From an uncultured Acidobacteriota bacterium (GTDB lineage Bacteria; Acidobacteriota; Thermoanaerobaculia; Gp7-AA8), in contig CAWGHO010000002.1 in NCBI GenBank assembly GCA_963822445.1, positions 2,368,001 through 2,432,000 of the forward strand: DNA of 64,000 nt, in the 5' to 3' direction. Position numbers and translations under genes: made by a program. Numbering within the stretch: the stretch's first letter is position 1; each line of letters starts with the position of its first letter. Below are positions 1-11,799 of this stretch, one piece after another. The notes beneath the pieces were generated by a model. The model did no database searches and was not told where the DNA came from. It saw only the letters and a list, made by a program, of their open reading frames with translations.

Positions 1-424
1 GTGAAGCGCGCCCCGGTCGCTCCTGCGCCTCCGAAACCGAAGCCCGTTGCGGCCGTCACCGAGGCGCCGGTCGAAGGCGAAGTATCGCGGGCCGAGATCG
101 AACAGGCTGCCGCTCCCGAGGTCGTTCCGGGCGAGGCGACGGACGGTGCATCGCCGGCCGTTCCCTTCCATCGCGATGACCTCACCCTCCCCGAGCGCAT
201 GCAGATGGCCGCGGAGATCGGCGGCAAGTGGGAGACGAAGCTCTTCGCGGCGATGGCCCAGACCGACTGCGGCGCATGCGGCTGGGATTGCGAAGGCTAC
301 GCGAACGCGCATTGCCACCGGTGAGACCGACGACATCTCCCTCTGCGTGCCGGGCGAATCCGAAACGCTCGACATGCTCAAACTTCTGATGGAGGAAGCG
401 GGCAAGCCGTACTCCGGCGTGTAG
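1..424 (+). CDS. 3' end of the gene upstream of nuoC (probably NuoB): Pro/Ala linker plus C-terminal RnfB-type 4-Cys Fe-S domain; frameshift near 310
   Basis: Frame 1 gives AMAQTDCGACGWDCEGYANA and frame 2 continues IATGETDDISLCVPG, forming CxxCxxxC-x~17-CxPG as in the PF04060 'FeS' domain. The NuoB identity is inferred only from position directly before nuoC. Confidence 0.6.
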
Positions 425-430
425 CCTCGA

Positions 431-1262
431 ATGTCAGAGCAAGCCCCTCCGCCGCCGCCACCCGCGACCACGCCCCCTGTCGGGTCTGCGGTTCCTGCTG
501 TTCCCGCGGCGCCGCCGGCGCGCTCGTTCGACGACATCAAGCGCGATCCGCTCGTGGCCGCATCAGTCTCGCGCGCCGGCGATGCGATCACCGGCGCGAA
601 AGAGCAGGTCGGCGAGATCACCCTGTTCGTCGAGCGCGATCGCATCGTCGACGTCTGCCGCATCTTCAAGGACGACGGCTTCAACTACCTCGTCGATCTC
701 GCCGGCGTCGACTACTCGAAGTATCCGAATCACACCGGGCCGCGCTTCAGCGTCGCCTACACGCTCTACTCGTTCCAGAAGAACAACCGCGTCCGCCTTC
801 GGGCCTGGACGCCGGAGAACGAATCGATCCCCTCGGTGACGTCGGTCTGGAAAACGGCGAACTGGCACGAGCGCGAGACGTTCGACATGCTCGGCATCGA
901 CTTTTCCGGCCACCCGAACCTCGAGCGCATCCTGATGTGGGAAGGCTTCAACGGCCATCCGCTGCGCAAGGACTTTCCGATCCGCGGCATCGACACCGGC
1001 GCACGGATTTACCCCGAGGTTTTCCCCGAGGGTGGGGGACCGAAGCCGGGATCGACGGGCAAGCCTGCCGCGGACGTGAACATCTTCAAAGGTGAGTGGA
1101 ACAAGTACGGAACCGCGCCCGCTCCGCAGATCGGCGGCGGCGCGAAGCCGGCTGCTGCCGCGAAACCCGCGCCGAAGCCTGTCGCCGCCGCCCCAGCAGC
1201 GCCCGCGCCGGCCCCGGCGGCTGCCGCAGCGGCCGCGTCTTCAGAGGATGAGGAGCCTGCCG

Positions 1263-1270
<8 letters not shown>
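431..1270 (+). CDS. nuoC: NADH-quinone oxidoreductase subunit C with Pro/Ala-rich N- and C-terminal tails
   Basis: [41 protein letters not shown] signature. Confidence 0.95.
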
Positions 1271-2382
<1,112 letters not shown>

Positions 2383-2383
2383 C

Positions 2384-2465
2384 CGAATGCAGAATGCAAA
2401 ATGCAGAATGCAGAAAGAGGTCGCGCATCAGGCTTCTGCATTCTGCATTCTGCATTCTGCATTCG
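2384..2465. repeat. Heptamer tandem-repeat hairpin, (GAATGCA)x~4 - loop - (TGCATTC)x~4
   Basis: Directly visible inverted tandem repeats filling the nuoD-nuoH gap. Confidence 0.9.
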
Positions 2466-2482
2466 CTCCGCGGGGCACGCGC

Positions 2483-3623
2483 ATGAACAAGACTCTCCTG
2501 ACTTACCTCATCTGGCCGGTGGTCAAGTTCATCATCGCCTTCCTCATCGTGCAGATCATCGTCGCGGCGATGAACTGGGTGGAGCGGCGTCTTCTCGGCC
2601 TGATGCAGGCGCGCCTCGGCCCGAATCGCGTTGGTCCGATGGGGTCTGCTGCAGATCGTCGCCGATCCGATCAAGTTCCTGCTCAAGGAAGACATCATTC
2701 CGTCGAAGGCCGAGAAGGTCGGGCACTTCCTCGGACCGGTGCTGCCGCTGCTGCCGGCGTTCATGGTCTTCTGCCTGATTCCGTACGGTCCGCCGCCGAC
2801 TTTCACCGTCACGCGCGTGAACGTTGGCCTCCTGCTGATCCTGGCCATGACCTCGACCGCGGTCTACGGGATCATCCTCGGCGGCTGGGCTTCGAACAAC
2901 AAATACTCGCTGATGGGCGGTCTCCGCTCCGCGGCGCAGATGGTCTCGTACGAAGTGCCGTTCGGGCTGTCGATCGTCGGCGTGTTGATGATCTGCGGCT
3001 CGCTCGATCTCGTGCAGATCGTGCGCTACCAGGAACTGAACGCCTGGAACTTCCTCACCCAGATCGTGGCCTGCTTCATCTTCTTCGTGTCGATGAACGC
3101 GGAGAACAATCGAACGCCGTTCGATTTGCCTGAAGCGGAATCGGAGCTCGTGGCCGGCTATCACACCGAGTATTCGGCGATGAAGTTCGCGTTCTTCATG
3201 CTCGGCGAGTACTCGATGATGATCGTGAACTCCTGCCTGATCGTGACGCTGTTCTTCGGCGGCTGGACGCTGGGCATGTTCGACATGGGGCTGACCACGG
3301 CGGTGCTCGCGAAGATGGGCTTCATCGGCGGACTGCTCGGCGCGGCGATCTTCTTCACGAAGGTCATGATGTTCATGCTCGTGTACGTCTGGTTCCGCGC
3401 GACCTTCCCCCGTTTCCGCTTCGACCAGCTCATGGACCTCGGATGGAAGTACATGATTCCCCTGGCCCTGGCGAACATCTTCGTCACCGGCATCTTCATC
3501 CTCATCGGTCAGGAGCGGACCATGGGCCTGTTCGGGCTGGTGGTGATCGGAGCGACGGCCTTCTTCCTGTTCAAGCCGAAACCGAAGCGCGCGACGACCG
3601 CGAAGGTGATCCATGCAAGTTGA
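2483..3623 (+). CDS. nuoH: NADH-quinone oxidoreductase subunit H (frameshift near 2641)
   Basis: ERRLLGLMQARLGPNRVGP, GWASNNKYSLMGGLRSAAQMVSYE, NRTPFDLPEAESELVAGYHTEYS. Confidence 0.95.
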
Positions 3624-4143
3624 GTATCCGAAGAATCGCTGGTCGGAGAAGTTCCTCCTCCTGGACATCTTCGAGGGGCTGAAGACCACTCTGCGCGAGC
3701 TCTTCGTTCCGAAGGTCACCATCCGTTATCCGGAAGAGCGGATGGAGCCGGCCGATCGCTTCCGCGGCATGTTCCGTTTCTCCTTCGACCGCTGCATCGC
3801 CTGCAAGCTCTGCGCGGTGGCCTGCCCGATCGACATCATTTACATCGACGTGCACGACGAGACGATCGAAGAGGGCGGCAAGAAGAAAAAGATCAAAGTC
3901 CTCGACCGCTACGACATCGATGTGAAGCGCTGCATGTTCTGCGCGCTCTGCGAAGAAGCCTGCCCGACGAAGCCGAAGTCGATCTGGCTGACCACCAAGA
4001 CCTACGAGCTGGCCAGCTACGACCGCAACGACCTGTACTTCAACATGCAGGAGCTCGAGTACTGGGACGACAGGCCGAAGTACACCGGCCTGCCTGAGGA
4101 AGAGGGCCAGCCGAAAGTCGATGAGACCCGGCTGCTGACGTAA
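3613..4143 (+). CDS. nuoI: NADH-quinone oxidoreductase subunit I
   Basis: Two CxxCxxCxxxCP motifs; position after nuoH. Confidence 0.95.
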   Translation: MQVEYPKNRWSEKFLLLDIFEGLKTTLRELFVPKVTIRYPEERMEPADRFRGMFRFSFDRCIACKLCAVACPIDIIYIDVHDETIEEGGKKKKIKVLDRYDIDVKRCMFCALCEEACPTKPKSIWLTTKTYELASYDRNDLYFNMQELEYWDDRPKYTGLPEEEGQPKVDETRLLT

Positions 4144-4146
4144 ATC

Positions 4147-4827
4147 ATGGACGAGCTGATTGCCAACATCCCGATGCTCGTGTTCCTGGTGATCGGGACA
4201 CTCGCCGTGGCTTCGTCGATTCTGGTCGTGGCCATGCGCAATCCCGTGCACTCGGCGCTGTTTCTCCTGCTCACCTTCCTCTGCGTGGCGGTGCTGTTCG
4301 TCATCAAGTCCGCGGAGTTCGTCGCGGCCGTGCAGGTGCTCGTCTACGCCGGCGGCGTCATGGTGCTGTTCCTGTTCGTGGTCATGCTGATCAACCACCG
4401 CGAGCTTCCGGAAGAGAAGGTGCTCTCCCGTTTCTGGACGGGCGGCCTGCTGGTCGGAATCGGCGTGTTCGCGCTCTTCTTCACCATCGTCCGCACCGGC
4501 GCGTACCACGACTCGATCGCCAATCCGGAGAAGAAGCTGAACACGGTGAAGGAGTCGTACATCACCGACCATCCGACGGATCCGAACAAGTCCGTGCGCC
4601 GCACGCGCGATCGCGAGAATCACAATGCCGAGGCGGTGGCCATGTCGCTGTATCGCGACTATCTCGTGCCGTTCGAGGTCGTGTCGCTATTCCTTCTTGT
4701 GGCCATGGTCGGCGCGATCGTGATCGGCAAGCGCGAGCTGCTGGCCGAGGAAGAAGAGACCACGCCGCAGTTCATCCTGGAGCGGGCCGAGGTCGAGAAG
4801 GAAGTGAAGGACGTCGTGAATGCCTGA
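4147..4827 (+). CDS. nuoJ: NADH-quinone oxidoreductase subunit J
   Basis: NPVHSALFL, QVLVYAGGVMVLFLFVVML, PFEVVSLFLLVAMVGAI. Confidence 0.95.
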   Translation: MDELIANIPMLVFLVIGTLAVASSILVVAMRNPVHSALFLLLTFLCVAVLFVIKSAEFVAAVQVLVYAGGVMVLFLFVVMLINHRELPEEKVLSRFWTGGLLVGIGVFALFFTIVRTGAYHDSIANPEKKLNTVKESYITDHPTDPNKSVRRTRDRENHNAEAVAMSLYRDYLVPFEVVSLFLLVAMVGAIVIGKRELLAEEEETTPQFILERAEVEKEVKDVVNA

Positions 4828-5122
4828 TACCGCCGCTTACCTGATGCTTTCCGGGACGATGTTCGCGGTCGGCCTCGTCGGCGTGATCGTCCGGCGGAAC
4901 ATGATCACCGTGCTGATGTGCATCGAGCTGATGCTCAACGCCGTCAACATCAACCTCATCGCATTCTCCCATCGCCTGGCCAATCTCGAAGGGCAGGTCT
5001 TCACGGTGTTCATCATCACCATCGCGGCCGGCGAGGCGGCGGTGGGGCTGGCGATCATCATTCAGTTGTACCGGCTGCGGGCCACGGTGAACATCGACGA
5101 AGTGAGGACGCTGCATGGGTAG
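4820..5122 (+). CDS. nuoK: NADH-quinone oxidoreductase subunit K
   Basis: IELMLNAVNINL, IAAGEAAVGLAI. Confidence 0.96.
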   Translation: MPDTAAYLMLSGTMFAVGLVGVIVRRNMITVLMCIELMLNAVNINLIAFSHRLANLEGQVFTVFIITIAAGEAAVGLAIIIQLYRLRATVNIDEVRTLHG

Positions 5123-5124
5123 CC

Positions 5125-5247
5125 TTTATTCAATCCTTGGCCGCGGAGCGGCCGAGGATCTACGGTGCACCTGCGCAGCTCGTGGCCGAGGGCGTCGCGA
5201 GTGTAACCAGAGATCCTCCGGCGCGTCGCGCCGAAGGATAAAGTGAA
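5125..5247. repeat. REP-doublet (REPIN-like) palindromic element, copy 1
   Basis: Two inverted hairpin units ATCC...GGAT flanking a ~50 bp spacer; homologous in opposite orientation to 50002..50123. Confidence 0.75.
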
Positions 5248-5249
5248 CT

Positions 5250-7334
5250 ATGGCTAGCGCACTTCTACTAGTCGTCCTGCTGCCCGCGCTCGGTGCGCTG
5301 ATCAACGGCACGCGCGCGTTCGTGAATCCGCATACGCCGAAGAACAAGAGCATCACCAACCTCGTCGCGCTGGGAACCACCGGACTGTCCGCGCTGATCG
5401 CGGCCTACATCGTCTACGCCCACATCGGCCACCCGGAACAGTACTCGTACTACGAGTGGATCCCGTCGGGCATGGGCGCGGTCGGCAATCAGATCGCCAA
5501 CTTCTCCATCGACTTCGCGTTCCGCATCGACTCGCTCTCGTCGACGATGCTGTTGATCGTCACCTGGATCGGCTTCCTGATCCATGTCTACGCGACCGGC
5601 TACATGTCGCACGAGAAGGGCTACACGCGCTTCTTCACCTACCTCAACCTGTTCATGTTCATGATGCTGCTCCTCGTTCTCGGAGCGAACTACATCGTCA
5701 TGTTCGTGGGCTGGGAAGGGGTGGGCCTCTGCTCGTACCTGCTCATCGGTTTCTATTACGACAAGAACTTCGCCGCCGACGCGGGCAAGAAAGCGTTCAT
5801 CACCAATCGCATCGGCGACTTCGGCTTCATCCTCGGCATTTTCCTCATCTTCAACACCTTCGGCACTTCCGATTACGTGAAGGTGTTCACGCTGGCGAGC
5901 GAAGGCGGACATGCCTACGCGGGCGTCGCGACGGCGATCTGCCTGCTGCTGTTCATCGGCGCGTGCGGTAAGTCCGCGCAGGTGCCGCTGTATGTCTGGC
6001 TGCCCGACGCGATGGCCGGACCGACGCCGGTCTCCGCGCTGATCCATGCCGCGACGATGGTCACCGCCGGTGTGTACATGGTCGTGCGCTCGAACGTGCT
6101 GTTCCGGCTTTCTGAAACGGCTTCGCTGACCGTGGCCGTCGTCGGTGCGGTCACGGCGATCTTCGCGGCGTCGATTGGTCTCGCCCAGAACGACATCAAG
6201 AAAGTCCTCGCGTATTCGACCGTCTCGCAGCTCGGGTTCATGTTTATCGCCGCTGGCGTCGGTGCGTACAGCGCGGCGATCTTCCATGTCATGACCCACG
6301 CCTTCTTCAAGGCCTGCCTCTTCCTCGGCGCCGGCTCGGTCATTCACGGCTGCGGCGGCGAGCAGGACATGCGCAAGATGGGCGGCTTGCGGAAGTACAT
6401 GCCCCACACGCATCGCACGATGGCCATCGCCACGTATGCGATCGCCGGTCTGCCGTTCGCGGCGGGCTTCGTTTCGAAGGATGAGATTCTCGCGACGGCC
6501 TGGGGCAAACAGCCGGCCATCTGGGTCGTCGGTGCGATCGCGGCGGCGTTCACCGCCTTCTACATGTTCCGCCTCTACTTCATGACTTTCTGGGGTGAGT
6601 ACCGCGGCGGCCACGCGCCCGAGCATGGCCACGGCCACGACGCGCACGACGACCACGGTGGGCATCACGCGCACGATCCGCATGAATCGCCGGCGTCGAT
6701 GACCGGAGTGTTGTGGGTGCTGGCGATCCTCTCGATCATCGGCGGCTTCATTGGCTGGCCTGCGGCTCTCGGCGGATCGCATCCGACACCGTTCCAGAAC
6801 TGGCTTTCGCCGGTCCTGCCGCCGGTCGGCGATCACGCCTATCACTTCCATCACGAGCCCCGCCTCTGGCTGGAGTGGCTGCTGATGGGCATCTCCGTCG
6901 GCCTGGCACTCATCAGCGTTTTCCTCGCGTATCGGTTGTACGTGAAGCGGCCGCCGGTGCCGGACGTCCTCGAGCGCCGTCTCGGATTCGTCCACCGCGT
7001 GCTCGAGAACAAGTACTGGGTCGACGAGCTGTACAACGCGACGGCGATCCGCGCGACGATGCTGCTATCGACGGCGCTCTGGTGGTTCGACCGCTGGATC
7101 GTCGACGGCATCGTCAATTCCATCCGTCATCTGACCGTGTTCGGGTTCGGCCACGGCTCGAACATCTTCGACAAGTACGTCGTCGACGGCGCGGTGAACG
7201 GCGTGGGCTGGAGCGCGAAGAGCGGCTCCATGATGTTCCGGCGCGCACAGAGCGGTTTCGTGCAGAACTACGCGCTGATCATGGGCGGCGGCATCGTGTT
7301 GATTGCATTGGTTTATCTGTTCATGAAGCCGTGA
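5250..7334 (+). CDS. nuoL: NADH-quinone oxidoreductase subunit L
   Basis: GWEGVGLCSYLLIGF, KSAQVPLYVWLPDAMAGPTPVSALIHAATMV. Confidence 0.97.
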   Translation: MASALLLVVLLPALGALINGTRAFVNPHTPKNKSITNLVALGTTGLSALIAAYIVYAHIGHPEQYSYYEWIPSGMGAVGNQIANFSIDFAFRIDSLSSTMLLIVTWIGFLIHVYATGYMSHEKGYTRFFTYLNLFMFMMLLLVLGANYIVMFVGWEGVGLCSYLLIGFYYDKNFAADAGKKAFITNRIGDFGFILGIFLIFNTFGTSDYVKVFTLASEGGHAYAGVATAICLLLFIGACGKSAQVPLYVWLPDAMAGPTPVSALIHAATMVTAGVYMVVRSNVLFRLSETASLTVAVVGAVTAIFAASIGLAQNDIKKVLAYSTVSQLGFMFIAAGVGAYSAAIFHVMTHAFFKACLFLGAGSVIHGCGGEQDMRKMGGLRKYMPHTHRTMAIATYAIAGLPFAAGFVSKDEILATAWGKQPAIWVVGAIAAAFTAFYMFRLYFMTFWGEYRGGHAPEHGHGHDAHDDHGGHHAHDPHESPASMTGVLWVLAILSIIGGFIGWPAALGGSHPTPFQNWLSPVLPPVGDHAYHFHHEPRLWLEWLLMGISVGLALISVFLAYRLYVKRPPVPDVLERRLGFVHRVLENKYWVDELYNATAIRATMLLSTALWWFDRWIVDGIVNSIRHLTVFGFGHGSNIFDKYVVDGAVNGVGWSAKSGSMMFRRAQSGFVQNYALIMGGGIVLIALVYLFMKP

Positions 7335-7349
7335 GCTGACGGGAGAGCA

Positions 7350-8960
7350 ATGGGCATTCTCAACATCATCACGTACATCCCCCTCGCGGGCGCGCTGTTC
7401 ATCCTGTTCGCGTTGAACCGCGGCAATGCGCGCGCGATCCGGATCGTGGCCACGGCCACGGTCGTGATCGACTTCCTGGTCTCGCTCTACCTCTGGCCGA
7501 ACTTCGACCGCGCCGCGTCGGGCAACGGGATCTGGCAGTTCCAGGAAAAGTACGAGTGGATTCCTTCCCTCGGCGTCAGCTACCACTTCGGCATCGACGG
7601 CATCGCTCTGCTGCTCGTCCTGATGACGACCTTCTTCGGCATCATCGCCGTGGTCTCGTCGTACAGCGCCATCCAGCATCGCGAGAAGGAGTACTACACG
7701 CTGCTGCTCATGCTGCAGACGGGCATGATCGGCACCTTCTGCGCGCTCGACTTCTTCCTCTTCTACGTCTTCTGGGAAATCATGCTCGTGCCGATGTACT
7801 TCATCATCGGCATCTGGGGCGGCGCGCGGAAGCTCTACGCGGCGATCAAGTTCTTCCTGTACACGCTGGCCGGCTCCGTGCTGATGCTGCTGGCCATCCT
7901 GGCGCTGTTCTTCTTCAACGACGGCGGCATCGAGTTCCTGAACATTCGAGGGTTGGGCAACGCGCCGACGTTCAGCGTGCTCCAGTTCCACAACATCGGC
8001 CATCTCATCCCGCCGACGCTGCAGTTCTGGATCTTCCTCGGCTTCTTCTTCGGCTTCGCCATCAAAGTGCCGATGTTCCCGTTCCACACCTGGCTGCCCG
8101 ACGCTCACGTCGAGGCGCCTACGGCCGGCTCGATCATCCTGGCGGCCGTGCTCCTGAAAATGGGCACGTATGGTTTCGTGCGGTTCGCACTGCCGATCCT
8201 GCCTGATGCGACGAAAGAGCTGCTCGTGCCGATCGTCGTGCTCTCACTGATCGGCATCATCTACGGCGCGCTCGTGTCCCTCGTGCAGAAGGACATGAAG
8301 AAGCTCGTCGCGTACTCGTCCGTTTCGCACCTCGGCTTCGTCATGCTGGGGATGTTCGCGCTCAACCCGATGGGCCTCAAGGGCTCAGTGCTGCAGATGA
8401 TCAACCACGGCATCTCCACCGGCGCGCTCTTCCTTCTGGTCGGCATCATCTACGAGCGCCGCCATACCCGGATGATCGCGGACTACGGCGGACTGGCCAA
8501 GCAGATGCCGATGTACGCGGCGCTGTTCCTGATCGCCGCGCTCTCGTCGATGGGATTGCCCGCGCTCAACGGCTTCATCGGTGAGTTCACGATCCTCCTC
8601 GGTGCCGCGAACTCCACGGCTTTCGGAACGATCGCGTACGCCGTCATCGCTGCCGTCGGCATCGTCCTCGGCGCGGCATACCTGCTCTGGCTCTACCAGC
8701 GCGTCTTCTGGGGACCGCTCGACAATCCCGCCAATGCCGCCGTGCCCGACGTCAATCGCCGGGAGTTGCTGCTGATGCTTTCGCTGGTCGGCCTGATGGT
8801 GTGGATCGGCGTGTATCCGAAGCCGCTCTTCGACGTGATCGAAGAGCCGGTGAACTACATCGTGCGCAAGGTCGATCCGACGTACTTCGACAGACAGCCG
8901 CTGACGTATCCGGATGCGCCGGCCGCTCCGGCTGCGCATCACGAGGTCGCGGTGAAATGA
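7350..8960 (+). CDS. nuoM: NADH-quinone oxidoreductase subunit M
   Basis: KVPMFPFHTWLPDAHVEAPT, KKLVAYSSVSHLG. Confidence 0.97.
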   Translation: MGILNIITYIPLAGALFILFALNRGNARAIRIVATATVVIDFLVSLYLWPNFDRAASGNGIWQFQEKYEWIPSLGVSYHFGIDGIALLLVLMTTFFGIIAVVSSYSAIQHREKEYYTLLLMLQTGMIGTFCALDFFLFYVFWEIMLVPMYFIIGIWGGARKLYAAIKFFLYTLAGSVLMLLAILALFFFNDGGIEFLNIRGLGNAPTFSVLQFHNIGHLIPPTLQFWIFLGFFFGFAIKVPMFPFHTWLPDAHVEAPTAGSIILAAVLLKMGTYGFVRFALPILPDATKELLVPIVVLSLIGIIYGALVSLVQKDMKKLVAYSSVSHLGFVMLGMFALNPMGLKGSVLQMINHGISTGALFLLVGIIYERRHTRMIADYGGLAKQMPMYAALFLIAALSSMGLPALNGFIGEFTILLGAANSTAFGTIAYAVIAAVGIVLGAAYLLWLYQRVFWGPLDNPANAAVPDVNRRELLLMLSLVGLMVWIGVYPKPLFDVIEEPVNYIVRKVDPTYFDRQPLTYPDAPAAPAAHHEVAVK

Positions 8961-10432
8961 CCTGGGCCGATACCATCTACCTCCTGCCGGAGATCATCAT
9001 CGCCATCGGCGCGTGCGCGCTGCTGATTGCGCCGGTGACCGGTTTCCGCAGCGAGGGCGGGGGCGCGAAGTGGTCGATGCTGGTGCTGCTGGCGATTACG
9101 GCAGGATCGGTGATCGCCTGTTCGGCCGCCGTGACGGACATCGACCAGACCCGCGGGTTCGCGGCGATGTTCGCGCTCGATTCCTTCTCGATCTTCTTCA
9201 AGCTGCTGTTCATCGTCACCATCGCCTGCATCGTGCTGCTCTCCGATGACTTCTTCAAAGGCACGCGGTACTCGCCCTGGGAGTACTACTCGCTGCTCGC
9301 CTTCGCGCTGTGCGGCATGCTCTTCATGGCTTCGGGCATCCACCTGGCGACGATCTACGTAGGCCTGGAGCTGATGTCGCTGTCGAGCTACATCCTGGCC
9401 GGGTACTTCAAGAACGAGCAGAAGAGCACCGAGGCGGCGATGAAGTATTTCGTGCTCGGGGCGGTGAGCTCGGCGATCTTGTTGTACGGAATCTCGCTGA
9501 TTTACGGAGTCACGGGCACGCTCAACCTCGTCGAGGTCACGCGGAGCATGTCCACGCTCGTGTCGAACGACGCGCTGATGTTCGGGATCATGATGCTGGC
9601 CGCGGGACTGTGCTTCAAGATCGGCGCGGCACCGTTCCACGTCTGGGTTCCCGATGTTTACGAAGGCTCACCGACGCCGATCACGGCGTTTCTTTCGACC
9701 GCTTCAAAGGCCGCGGCCTTCGCGATCTTCGCGCGGATCTTCTACACCGGCCTGCATCACTTTCGGCTCGACTGGCAGTACGTGCTGGCGACCATCGCCG
9801 CGCTGTCGATGATCATCGGCAACCTCGCCGCCATTACCCAGGACAACATCAAGCGGATGTTGGCTTACTCGTCGATCGGACATGCCGGCTACGTGCTCCT
9901 GGGCATCCTGGCCGTCACGGAGATGGGGTTGTACGGCGTGCTGGTGTACTCGGTGGTCTACGTCTTCGCCACGCTGGGCATCTGGGCGACGGTGATGATG
10001 ATGTCCAAGCCGGAGTACGCCGGCGAGTCGGTGAACGACTTCGAAGGACTGCACCGTCGTGCGCCGTGGGCCGCGTTCGGGATGATCGTGTTTCTGCTTT
10101 CGCTCGGCGGCATTCCGCCGACGGCCGGGTTCATCGGCAAGTACTTCCTGTTCTACGCGGCCGTGCAGTCGGGCTTCGGATGGCTGGCCATCATCGCCGT
10201 GCTGATGTCGGCGGTTTCGATGTTCTTCTACTTCCGCATCGTCATGGCCATGTACCTGCGCGACGGCAGCGGCCAGGCGGAGATCGTGAACAATCGCCCG
10301 CTGCAGCTCGTCGCGGCGATCTCGCTGGTGATCACGCTGGCGTTCGGGATTGCGCCGCGGTATCTGATCGATCAGGTCACCGTGTCGGGGCGGGGAGTGG
10401 CGAAACGCGCGGCCCTGCTGCATGGACGATAA
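8957..10432 (+). CDS. nuoN: NADH-quinone oxidoreductase subunit N
   Basis: EAAMKYFVLGA, FKIGAAPFHVWVPDVYEGSP, KRMLAYSSIGHAG; ATGA overlap with nuoM. Confidence 0.96.
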   Translation: MTWADTIYLLPEIIIAIGACALLIAPVTGFRSEGGGAKWSMLVLLAITAGSVIACSAAVTDIDQTRGFAAMFALDSFSIFFKLLFIVTIACIVLLSDDFFKGTRYSPWEYYSLLAFALCGMLFMASGIHLATIYVGLELMSLSSYILAGYFKNEQKSTEAAMKYFVLGAVSSAILLYGISLIYGVTGTLNLVEVTRSMSTLVSNDALMFGIMMLAAGLCFKIGAAPFHVWVPDVYEGSPTPITAFLSTASKAAAFAIFARIFYTGLHHFRLDWQYVLATIAALSMIIGNLAAITQDNIKRMLAYSSIGHAGYVLLGILAVTEMGLYGVLVYSVVYVFATLGIWATVMMMSKPEYAGESVNDFEGLHRRAPWAAFGMIVFLLSLGGIPPTAGFIGKYFLFYAAVQSGFGWLAIIAVLMSAVSMFFYFRIVMAMYLRDGSGQAEIVNNRPLQLVAAISLVITLAFGIAPRYLIDQVTVSGRGVAKRAALLHGR

Positions 10433-10634
10433 GCAACGACGGAACGCCAAGCAGTTACTCGAGGCCTCGTCCCTCGGCTTCATGTTCCCGATCGCGATCG
10501 GCCTCGGATTCGGGTGGGGCTACTGGATGGACAAGGTCTTCGGGACCCGTCCGTGGCTCACCGTCATCTTCACGATCTTCGGGCTCATAGCCGCGTTCGT
10601 GAACCTCTTCCGCATCGGCATGCGCGATGGCTGA
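10422..10634 (+). CDS. AtpZ/AtpI-family small membrane protein
   Basis: Two TM helices with GxGYWMDKxFGTxPW motif; position upstream of atpB. Confidence 0.85.
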   Translation: MDDKQRRNAKQLLEASSLGFMFPIAIGLGFGWGYWMDKVFGTRPWLTVIFTIFGLIAAFVNLFRIGMRDG

Positions 10635-11010
10635 TGAGACGGCTCAGGTCCTGCGGCGCATCCGCTGGCTGGCCGTTGCGGCGTATCTCGTTTTCGCTGT
10701 TTTTTGCTCGATTTACGGGGGTTTTCGGGCTTTTCTCGGGTTGACTTGCAGTGCTGCCGTCACTATGATCAGCTTCCTTTGGCTGGAGGAGGTGGCGACA
10801 ATTCTCCTGCAGCCGGAGGCGGCACACCAGCACGCTCGGAGGCTGACGTTGCGCTCCCTGGCGCGCTTCGCTCTCCTGGGTGTGGCGCTCACGGTCACGA
10901 TCATCATTGCTCGTTTCAATGCAGTCAGTGTGTTGCTGGGATTCTCAGTGATCGTCGCGGGAATCTGCGGCGAAGCTCTGTATTCGCTGTACCGCAGTTT
11001 TGCGAAGTGA
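10627..11010 (+). CDS. atpI: ATP synthase subunit I-like protein
   Basis: Four-TM hydrophobic protein directly upstream of atpB. Confidence 0.7.
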   Translation: MADETAQVLRRIRWLAVAAYLVFAVFCSIYGGFRAFLGLTCSAAVTMISFLWLEEVATILLQPEAAHQHARRLTLRSLARFALLGVALTVTIIIARFNAVSVLLGFSVIVAGICGEALYSLYRSFAK

Positions 11011-11038
11011 GAAGTAGCGAGAGGTAGTCCGGAACCCG

Positions 11039-11752
11039 ATGGCACAGGAACACGAACACTCAATTCTCTACGAGCCGTTCAATCACACGGTGAGCAAGGT
11101 CGTCGGCCGTGAAGTGCACGTGCCCGATCACGTGATCATGGCCCTGCTGGTGCTGCTCATCAGCTGCATCGTCTTTCCGTTGATGCGGCGGAAGATCAGC
11201 CGCGACAATCCCAGCGGCTTCCAGCACGTGCTCGAGATGGTGGTCGACGGACTGAAAGGCCTGCTCGAAGACGTCGTCGGCCACGGCGCGTCGAAGAAAT
11301 ACATCTACATCATCGGCGCCTTCGCGTCGTTCATCTTCATTTCGAACATCTTCGGGCTGTTCTTTTTCCTGCAGCCGCCGACCGGCAATCCCAACACGAC
11401 CTTTGCTCTCGGACTGACGGCGTTCCTGTACTACAACTTCGTCGGCATCAGGGAAGTGGGACTGCTGCATTACCTCAAGCATTTCGCCGGCCCGATGCCG
11501 CTGCTGGCGCCGCTGTTCATCCCCATCGAGATCATCGGCCACACGGCCCGCATCCTCTCGCTGGGCATGCGCTTGTTCGGAAACATCTTCGGTGAGCACA
11601 CCGCCACCGGGATCTTCATGGGCATGCTTCCGTTCGTCCTGCCCTGGCCGATGATGGGGCTGGGCATCTTCGGCGCGTTCCTGCAGACCTTCGTCTTCTG
11701 CATGATGACCATGGTCTACATCGGTGGCGCGGTCACGGCGGAAGAGCACTGA
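11039..11752 (+). CDS. atpB: F0F1 ATP synthase subunit a
   Basis: RILSLGMRLFGNIFGEH, LQTFVFCMMTMVYI. Confidence 0.96.
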   Translation: MAQEHEHSILYEPFNHTVSKVVGREVHVPDHVIMALLVLLISCIVFPLMRRKISRDNPSGFQHVLEMVVDGLKGLLEDVVGHGASKKYIYIIGAFASFIFISNIFGLFFFLQPPTGNPNTTFALGLTAFLYYNFVGIREVGLLHYLKHFAGPMPLLAPLFIPIEIIGHTARILSLGMRLFGNIFGEHTATGIFMGMLPFVLPWPMMGLGIFGAFLQTFVFCMMTMVYIGGAVTAEEH

Positions 11753-11799
11753 TCAAGAGTTCAAAACATTCGCGACTATCGCGAAAGGAGGAGAATCGA

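Noticed and set aside
6600-6690. His-rich loop in NuoL as a novel metal-binding insert
   Set aside because: His-rich insertions at this position are common in bacterial NuoL.
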